Assembly: GCF_963853645.1 (NCBI RefSeq)
Contig: NZ_OY970456.1
Span: 314,309-346,308, forward strand
Source of the DNA: Mycobacterium riyadhense
GTDB lineage: Bacteria; Actinomycetota; Actinomycetes; Mycobacteriales; Mycobacteriaceae
DNA length: 32,000 bases
Reading direction: 5' to 3'
This document shows, one piece after another, positions 26,172 through 32,000 of the stretch. Each line of letters opens with the position of its first letter. The stretch's first letter is position 1. The position numbers and the translations under genes were made by a program. The notes below the pieces were generated by a model that was given only the letters and a program-made list of their open reading frames with translations, searched no databases and was not told the DNA's origin.

Positions 26172-27638
26172 GTGAACGGAACAGTCCTCTTTACGAAGCC
26201 CGAAGGGATTCCGGCACGCATGGATGCACCAACGCAAGTGAGCTATCGCGAGGTAGTGGATACAAACGGCCGGGTGTATCGGATCGGGGAGACCGATCGC
26301 GGCATCTTGGGGCGCTCACGGGTATGGATGGTATGGCTTCCGTGGATTGCGATGATGGCCATCAGCTCATCCGAATATGCCTTCACCTCAACCCGGGACA
26401 CTCTCTCCGAAGCGCACGGCTGGCGCGGCGTGCATATCTTTTGGCTGCTCGGCATATGGGTGCTCTTCCAGGCCGCAGCGGCGTTTCCGGTGGGGCGAAT
26501 GCGCGAAAGTGGACGGTTGTCGGCGCGCACGGCCATGATGCTCGGCGCGATCGGGGCGCTCCTGGGTTATGTATCGCTGGCGTACGCGCCGCACGTTGTC
26601 CTCGCGTATGTCGGTTTCGGGTTGTTAGGCGGAACCGGAGCCGGTTTCGTCTATGCCACCTGCATCAATATGGTCGGGAAGTGGTATCCCGAACGTAAAG
26701 GCGGCAAGACCGGCTTCGTCGACGGCGGCTTCGCTTACGGGTCAATGCCTTTCATCTTCTTGTTCACCAACTACCTGGCCCTGGACAACTACCAGGGCAT
26801 TCTCCTGGTGGTCGGAGTTTTCCTGGCCGGCCTGGTGGCGGTGAGCGGCATCTTCTTCAAAGACCCGCCGAAGAACTGGTGGCCACCCCACGTGGACCCG
26901 CTCCGCGGCGACGATGACCCGCGGATTTGCCGCTCGCTGCGCAAGAATCCGCCAGCGGTCAACCAGTACAGCCCGATGGGTGCGATCAAGACCGGCATCT
27001 TGCCGTTGATGTGGTTCGTCCTGCTGTGCACCTCGGGCATCAATATCTTTGGGATCGCCATGCAGGTGCCCTTCGGCAAGCAGATGGGCTTCGCCGGCGG
27101 AATCGTGGCGCTTGCGATGAGCCTCAAAGCGTTCATCAACGGCGCCGGACGCGGTGTGATCGGCTGGATCTCGGACCGCTACGGGCGTCGGGACACGCTC
27201 ATCCTCGTATGCGTGGTGCTCGGGGTCGCGCAGTATGCGGTGTATTTTTCTGGCTCAATCGGCAATATGCCGCTATTCCTTCTGGCGTCGATGGTCTCCG
27301 GCTTCGGCGGCGGGGCGATTTATCCCCTGTTCGCGGCGATGACCGCCGACTACTTCGGTGAGAACAACAACGCCGCCAACTACGGCCTGGTCTACAGCTC
27401 GAAGATGATTTCCGGACTGGTGGGTGCCGGCATGGGGTCGCTCGTGGTCGACGCGTGGGGTTATCGCGCCGCGTTCGTCATTGCCGGTTCGGTCGGTGTC
27501 GGCTGTGCTGTATTGGCGATCTTCCTGCGCCGGCCGAAGTTGCCGCAGCCAAAGACGACGAAGGCGCCGGTGCCGTCGGCGCGGGTGAAGAAGCGCGTGA
27601 GCGTGTTTCCCAACTTGGTGGCACCGATCTGGGTGTGA
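26172..27638 (+). CDS. MFS transporter, oxalate/formate antiporter (OFA)-like family
   Basis: About 12 predicted TM segments are present. The sequence ..FGLLGGTGAGFVYATCINMVGKWYPERKGGKTGFVDGGFAYGSMPF.. resembles the OxlT-family signature region. The start is uncertain: GTG 26172 or ATG 26220. Confidence 0.75.
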   Translation: MNGTVLFTKPEGIPARMDAPTQVSYREVVDTNGRVYRIGETDRGILGRSRVWMVWLPWIAMMAISSSEYAFTSTRDTLSEAHGWRGVHIFWLLGIWVLFQAAAAFPVGRMRESGRLSARTAMMLGAIGALLGYVSLAYAPHVVLAYVGFGLLGGTGAGFVYATCINMVGKWYPERKGGKTGFVDGGFAYGSMPFIFLFTNYLALDNYQGILLVVGVFLAGLVAVSGIFFKDPPKNWWPPHVDPLRGDDDPRICRSLRKNPPAVNQYSPMGAIKTGILPLMWFVLLCTSGINIFGIAMQVPFGKQMGFAGGIVALAMSLKAFINGAGRGVIGWISDRYGRRDTLILVCVVLGVAQYAVYFSGSIGNMPLFLLASMVSGFGGGAIYPLFAAMTADYFGENNNAANYGLVYSSKMISGLVGAGMGSLVVDAWGYRAAFVIAGSVGVGCAVLAIFLRRPKLPQPKTTKAPVPSARVKKRVSVFPNLVAPIWV

Positions 27639-27646
27639 GCCCTTCT

Positions 27647-27668
27647 TGTCGGCCTTCGCTGCTACTAT
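27647..27668 (+). promoter_or_regulatory. RecA-NDp (PafBC-type) DNA-damage promoter-like element
   Basis: TGTCGGCC-TTCGCTGC-TACTAT compares with the published consensus tTGTCRgtg-N8-TAnnnT. The spacer is exactly 8 nt, the -10 fits TANNNT, and 6 of 8 positions of the upstream box match. Confidence 0.45.
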
Positions 27669-27683
27669 CGAAAGTATGTTCGA
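27668..27683. promoter_or_regulatory. LexA SOS box (mycobacterial Cheo-type)
   Basis: TCGAAAGTATGTTCGA compares with the consensus TCGAAC-N4-GTTCGA at 15 of 16 positions. It contains the ATG at 27676 of the HNH gene. Confidence 0.6.
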
Positions 27684-29190
27684 ACAGTCGGAGGTGATCG
27701 CTCGCTTTGATGAGATGTTCGAGCGGTGCTATCCGTCGACCACGGCGGAGTCGGCGGCGCTGATCGATCGGATGTGTGCGGCCGCGCGCGCGGAAAACCG
27801 GGCGGCGGCCGCGCAGTTGGTGGCGATCGGGGAGTTGTTCGCCTACCGGCTGTCGCGGTGTTCGGACACCGAGGAGTGGGCGGTGGACACCGAGGCGGCA
27901 GTCAGCGCTGAGGTGGGTGCGGCGTTGCGGATCAGTCAGGGCCTTGCGGGCAGCCAGTTGCGCTACGCGCGCGCGATGCGTGAGCGGCTGCCGCAGACCG
28001 CTGAGGTGTTTAAGGCCGGTGATATCGACTATCGGATGTTTCGGACGATCGTGTATCGCACCGATCTGATCACCGACCCCGAGGTGCTCGCCGCTGTGGA
28101 TGGGCGGTTGGCGGCCCAGGTGGGGCGCTGGCCCTCGCTGACCAAAAAGCGGCTGGCCGCACAGGTGGACAAGATCGTGGCCAAAGCCGATGCCGATGCG
28201 GTGCGGCGGCGCAAGGAGTGCCACGACGATCGCGAGATCGTGATTGAGGACTGCGTCGAGGGTATCTCCGAGATCCGCGGCCGGTTGTCCACTGCGGACG
28301 CCCACGCGTTGGATCGGCGGTTGAATGCGTTGGCGGCCACGGTGTGCGCCCATGATCCACGCACCCGGGAGCAGCGCCGTGCCGACGCTGCCGGGTCGTT
28401 GGCCGCCGGGTCGGATCGGCTGGAGTGCCGGTGTGGGCGCCCGGACTGTGCGGCCGCCGGCCGGCCGGGCGCCTCGCCGGTGGTCGTTCATGTGATCGCC
28501 GAGCAGGCCACGCTCACCGGCACCGGGACCGCGCCGGCCTCCCTGATCGGCGCCGACGGGCTCATCACCCCCGAACTAGTGGCCGAACTGGCCAACACCG
28601 CCAAGCTGGTCCCGCTGATCCACCCTGGCGATGCCGCCCCCGAACCCCACTATCGACCCTCGCGGGCGTTGGCTGATTTTGTGCGGTGCCGGGATCTGAC
28701 GTGCCGTTGGCCAGGCTGCGACCAGCCCGCCACCAACTGCGATGTGGACCATACGATTCCCTACGCCCAGGGCGGGCCCACCCACGCGTCCAACCTGAAA
28801 TGTCTGTGCGCCACCCACCACCTGGTGAAAACCTTCTGGGGCTGGGGCGAACAGCAATTGCCCGACGGCACACTGATTTTGACCTCTCCGTCGGGACACA
28901 CGTATGTCACCACGCCGGGCAGCGCGCTGCTGTTTCCCAGCCTGTGTCGCGCCACCGGCGCCATCGCCGCACCCGAAGTCGACCTACCGCACGACTACTG
29001 CGGTGAGCGCACCGCGATGATGCCCAAACGCCGCCGCACCCGCGCCCAAGACCGCGCCCACCGCGTCGCCACCGAACGCCGCCAAAACCACGCCGCCCGC
29101 ATGGCCGCCCGCGCCACGCGGCGAGCCGAACTCACCAGCTACACCGGGCCCGCCCCACCGGATCCCGACGACGAACCACCGCCATTTTGA
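27676..29190 (+). CDS. DUF222 + HNH endonuclease protein (13E12-repeat family)
   Basis: MFEQSEVIARFDEMFE...AAQLVAIGELFAYR... is the DUF222 region. The C-terminus FVRCRDLTCRWPGCDQPATNCDVDHTIPYAQGGPTHASNLKCLCATHHLVKT is an HNH motif. The preferred start is ATG 27676. The track start at 27646 would lie inside the promoter-like element. Confidence 0.85.
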   Translation: MFEQSEVIARFDEMFERCYPSTTAESAALIDRMCAAARAENRAAAAQLVAIGELFAYRLSRCSDTEEWAVDTEAAVSAEVGAALRISQGLAGSQLRYARAMRERLPQTAEVFKAGDIDYRMFRTIVYRTDLITDPEVLAAVDGRLAAQVGRWPSLTKKRLAAQVDKIVAKADADAVRRRKECHDDREIVIEDCVEGISEIRGRLSTADAHALDRRLNALAATVCAHDPRTREQRRADAAGSLAAGSDRLECRCGRPDCAAAGRPGASPVVVHVIAEQATLTGTGTAPASLIGADGLITPELVAELANTAKLVPLIHPGDAAPEPHYRPSRALADFVRCRDLTCRWPGCDQPATNCDVDHTIPYAQGGPTHASNLKCLCATHHLVKTFWGWGEQQLPDGTLILTSPSGHTYVTTPGSALLFPSLCRATGAIAAPEVDLPHDYCGERTAMMPKRRRTRAQDRAHRVATERRQNHAARMAARATRRAELTSYTGPAPPDPDDEPPPF

Positions 29191-29218
29191 TCCGGAAGGG
29201 CTGATTAGTGTCCCAGTC

Positions 29219-30388
29219 ATGGCCGGACCGGTAGAAGGCGTCAAAGTAGTCGAACTGGGCGTATGGGTGGCAGCTCCGGCCGCCGCGGCAATTCTCGCCG
29301 ACTGGGGTGCCGACGTCGTCAAGATCGAACCGCCGACCGGTGATCCGGGGCGTTTGTTCGGCCCGATGCTGGGGTGTGAGCCCGGGATCAACCCGCCGTT
29401 CGAGATGGACAATCGGTCCAAGCGCAGCATCGTGTTGGACCTGACCACCGATGCCGGCCGTGATACCGCCTTCGAATTGCTAGCCGACGCGGACGTTTTC
29501 GTGACCAACGTGCGGCTTGGGGCGTTACGACGCCTGGGACTGGACTTCGACACGGTGTCCGCCCGCAATCCCCGTCTGATCTACGGCCTGATCACCGGGT
29601 ACGGCGAAACGGGGCCGGAGGCCGACCGCGCCGCGTACGACGTGGCCGCGTTCTGGTCCCGCGCCGGCATTGCGGATCTACTTACCCAACGCGGCAACCC
29701 GCCGCCGTTCCAGCGGGGTGGCATGGGCGACCACTCGGCCGGTATGACGCTGGTCGCGGCGGTGTGCGCGGCGTTGCTAGCCCGCGACCGCACCGGAACC
29801 GGGCAACTCGTGACCACCTCGCTATACCGCCAGGGCGCCTATACGGTCAGCTTTGACCTCAACACCTATCTGATGACCGGCCAGCCCATCATGCTTGGGC
29901 AGCGCGAATCGATGTTCAACCCGTGCATGAACAACTACACCGCCGGCGACGGGCGACGGTTTTGGATCGTGGGCCTCGAGGGCGATCGGCACTGGCCCGC
30001 GCTATGCCGCGTCGTCGGTCACCCGGAGTGGTTGACCGACCCGCGATACAGCGAGGTGCATGCCCGGGCCGCCAACGCTGTGCCACTCATTGCGCAGCTC
30101 GACGAGATTTTCGCCACCAGGTCGCTTGCCGAATGGGAGGAAGTCTTTGCCGGCGAACCGGAATTCTTCTGGTCGCCAATCAACACGATCGAGGACGTCG
30201 TGGCTGACGAGCAGTTTCACGCCGCGGGCGGATTCGTTGACGTGCCGGACGGCGACTCGAGCGTCCTGATGGTGGCCACCCCCGCCGATTTCCATGGCAC
30301 GCCGTGTGCGCCCCGTTCTACGGCGCCAAAACTCGGCCAACACACCGAAGAAGTTCTCGCCGAACTCGAGGTGCAGCGCAAGCCCTGA
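29219..30388 (+). CDS. Family III CoA-transferase (CaiB/BaiF)
   Basis: VEGVKVVELGVWVAAPAAAAILADWGADVVKIEPPTGDPGR...AFELLADADVFVTNVRLGALRRLGLDFDTVSARNPRLIYGLITGYG matches the family. Confidence 0.85.
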   Translation: MAGPVEGVKVVELGVWVAAPAAAAILADWGADVVKIEPPTGDPGRLFGPMLGCEPGINPPFEMDNRSKRSIVLDLTTDAGRDTAFELLADADVFVTNVRLGALRRLGLDFDTVSARNPRLIYGLITGYGETGPEADRAAYDVAAFWSRAGIADLLTQRGNPPPFQRGGMGDHSAGMTLVAAVCAALLARDRTGTGQLVTTSLYRQGAYTVSFDLNTYLMTGQPIMLGQRESMFNPCMNNYTAGDGRRFWIVGLEGDRHWPALCRVVGHPEWLTDPRYSEVHARAANAVPLIAQLDEIFATRSLAEWEEVFAGEPEFFWSPINTIEDVVADEQFHAAGGFVDVPDGDSSVLMVATPADFHGTPCAPRSTAPKLGQHTEEVLAELEVQRKP

Positions 30389-30399
30389 GCCGCCCGGAC

Positions 30400-30428
30400 C
30401 TTTACAAATTCCCATGAAAATGTCACGC
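30400..30428 (+). promoter_or_regulatory. Motif site C: CTTTACAAAT-N11-TGTCACGC
   Basis: CTTTACAAATtcccatgaaaaTGTCACGC starts 12 nt after the CoA-transferase stop. It ends 8 nt before ATG 30436. Confidence 0.5.
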
Positions 30429-30435
30429 TGTCCAA

Positions 30436-30960
30436 ATGGTCGGTGTTCAGACATGCCTGGTAAGCGCTGCGCGAGCGGCCCGCGTAGACGGGGAGTGTCT
30501 GCGCTATCGACTTGACGTTGTTGCAGGCAGCGCCGCCGACGTCGTGCGTACCGCCGGGGGGTGGCTCTGCGACCGGGCGATGGCGGGCTGGGAAGTGACG
30601 GTGTTGCTCCCGCACGGCTGCGATGCGCGCCCACTGCGCATCCTCGGAGCGGGTACCGAGGATCTGGAGTCGAGGATGAACGCGACGAGCCATGCGCTGG
30701 CCGTCAGCGCCGAGGCGTTCACCGCGGACGATCGTGTGCGCGACAGGGTGCTCAAGGCCCTGGGCGACCCGTTGACCGAAGTAGCCCTGTGGGGCGACGG
30801 TTGGCCCCTGGGGGTGAACCGCGGCATGGCCAAAGCGCAGCACGTGCTCAGCGACGCGGCGCGGGCATTCAAGGGCCAGGCGCTAGCTGCTGCTGGAATC
30901 CCTTGCTGCTCAATCAATCCCACCGAAATGATGATGACCGACTCGGCCTGGCTGCACTAG
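30436..30960 (+). CDS. Hypothetical protein (174 aa)
   Basis: The ORF has good GC3 from about codon 20 onward (..RYRLDVVAGSAADVVRTAGGWLCDRAMAGWEVTVLLP..RPLRILG..). I recognise no family, and there is no SD before the ATG. Confidence 0.5.
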   Translation: MVGVQTCLVSAARAARVDGECLRYRLDVVAGSAADVVRTAGGWLCDRAMAGWEVTVLLPHGCDARPLRILGAGTEDLESRMNATSHALAVSAEAFTADDRVRDRVLKALGDPLTEVALWGDGWPLGVNRGMAKAQHVLSDAARAFKGQALAAAGIPCCSINPTEMMMTDSAWLH

Positions 30961-30989
30961 CCGGTGCTAGATGATCGTGTTGGCGTGAG

Positions 30990-31294
30990 GGCGCGGAGCT
31001 GATGTGGGGCCATTACCTGGCGGGACAAGATGGAACACCCGAAGGTATTCCCAGTAGACGCGGCCAATTGCACGGTCTGCCACCGGCTTTGATCACTTGC
31101 AACGAGGTCGATCCCTTTGCGACGAAGCGGTGGACTACGCGCAACGCTTACTTCGCGCCGGGGTATCCACCGAGTTGCACGTATCTCCGCGTGTCTGTCC
31201 TGGCTTCGGTTCGCTGCTGGTGGACTGGACGGTGAGCCAACGGCTTTCACGCTGCAGGGTGATGCTCTGTTGCGGGCTTTCAGAAGGTGATTAG
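30990..31294 (+). pseudogene. C-terminal relic of an HSL-family alpha/beta-hydrolase (esterase/lipase)
   Basis: Two frames are involved: ..ELMWGHYLAGQDGTPEGIPSRRGQLHGLPPALITCNEVDP and then LCDEAVDYAQRLLRAGVSTELHVSPRVCPGFGSLL.. The family pattern is ..Y......P..SP....L.GLPPALI.TAE.DPLRDE...YA.RL..AGV.VEL..Y.GM.HGF. There is a frameshift near 31120, the catalytic His position reads Pro, and the N-terminal two-thirds of the gene are absent. Confidence 0.5.
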
Positions 31295-32000
31295 CTGACG
31301 CACCGCGGTGCCGTCCGCCAGGTGATCCATCGCCGCGTTGATGTCGTCCAACCGAATTGTCGACGACACCAACGATTCCACCGGCAGCCTGCCCGACTGC
31401 CACAATCTCACGAACCGAGGTATGTCGCGGCTGGGCACCGCGGAGCCAAGGTAGCTGCCGATCAGCGAACGGCCTTCGGCGACAAAATCCAACGGCGACA
31501 AGGTGATCCGGGCATCCGGAGGTGGCAACCCGACGGTGATGGTTCGACCTCCCGGGGCGGTCAGTGCGATCGCGGTCTGTAACGCCGCGGGATGGCCGAC
31601 GGCCTCGATGACCGCGGCGGCCTTGATGCCAGCGTCGACCGCCTGCTGTGGCGTACAGGTTTCGTGGGCGCCCAGGCGACGGGCAGCGGACAGCTTTTCG
31701 GGCAACTGGTCGACGCCGACAACGCGGACATCGTCATAGGTCAGGGCGGTGATCACCGCGGCCATGCCGACACCGCCAAGGCCGACGACGGCAACCGACT
31801 GCCCCGGTCTGGGATCGCCCACGTTGAGCACCGCGCCGCCACCGGTCAGCACTGCGCACCCGAGCAGCGCGGCGACGGGGGCGGGTACGTCATGCGGCAC
31901 CGGAACCACGCTGGCCCGGTTGACTACGGCGTGCGTCGCAAAGCCGGATACGCCGAGGTGGTGGTGCACGGGGTGACCGTTGCGGCCGAGCCGGATTCCG
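31280..32000 (-). CDS. adhE1: Zinc-type alcohol dehydrogenase, C-terminal part; the 5' end runs off the right edge of the window
   Basis: ..GIRLGRNGHPVHHHLGVSGFATHAVVNRASVVPVPHDVPAPVAALLGCAVLTGGGAVLNVGDPRPGQSVAVVGLGGVGMAAV.. shows MDR-family cofactor-binding GLGGVG. The frame stays open to position 32000. The symbol is assigned from family plus position and has not been verified. Confidence 0.7.
   Translation of the reverse strand, partial: GIRLGRNGHPVHHHLGVSGFATHAVVNRASVVPVPHDVPAPVAALLGCAVLTGGGAVLNVGDPRPGQSVAVVGLGGVGMAAVITALTYDDVRVVGVDQLPEKLSAARRLGAHETCTPQQAVDAGIKAAAVIEAVGHPAALQTAIALTAPGGRTITVGLPPPDARITLSPLDFVAEGRSLIGSYLGSAVPSRDIPRFVRLWQSGRLPVESLVSSTIRLDDINAAMDHLADGTAVRQLITF

Noticed and set aside
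26110-27668. The shared 11-mer GCTGCTACTAT at 26110-26120 and 27658-27668 flanking the MFS gene, considered as possible direct repeats of a mobile unit.
   Set aside because: Identical 11-mers are expected by chance many times in 32 kb. The second copy is explained by the promoter spacer and -10 of the HNH gene, and there is no extended similarity around either copy.

Overview
This is a high-GC (about 65%) chromosomal segment from a slow-growing Mycobacterium of the M. tuberculosis-related clade, judged from its PE, PE_PGRS and 13E12-type DUF222/HNH genes. As far as I recall H37Rv gene order, the backbone is colinear with Rv0154c-Rv0162c: fadE2, pntAa-pntAb-pntB, a TetR gene, PE3, PE4, an oxidoreductase and adhE1. 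That synteny needs checking by alignment. The backbone is interrupted at three points. (i) A tandem glycine riboswitch followed by cycA, sdaA and a DUF1348 gene with an in-frame TAG sits between fadE2 and pntAa. (ii) A PE_PGRS gene plus several mobile-element relics sits between pntB and the TetR gene. The relics are a ghost copy of the PE_PGRS 3' end, a group II intron 3' relic with recognisable domains V/VI lying in an IS110-like transposase fragment, and a perfect 20-bp tandem duplication. (iii) A roughly 15 kb accessory metabolic island sits between the oxidoreductase and adhE1. It holds an SDR, an FAD-linked oxidase, an apparently intact IS1634-family IS with a 6-bp target duplication, and a lactonase-thioesterase-TetR operon. 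It continues with a divergent TesB-LLM-ACAD operon, an OFA-type MFS transporter, a 13E12-type HNH element, a family III CoA-transferase, a hypothetical gene and an esterase relic. Two signals are not explained by gene calls. One is a 29-nt motif, CTTTACAAAT-N11-TGTCACGC, present three times at promoter-proximal positions in the island. The other is a composite DNA-damage-type promoter (RecA-NDp-like element plus LexA SOS box) overlapping the probably leaderless start of the HNH gene. I recognised no rRNA, tRNA or CRISPR array. I found no convincing new multi-gene system such as a defense system, and the functional links I propose are inference.
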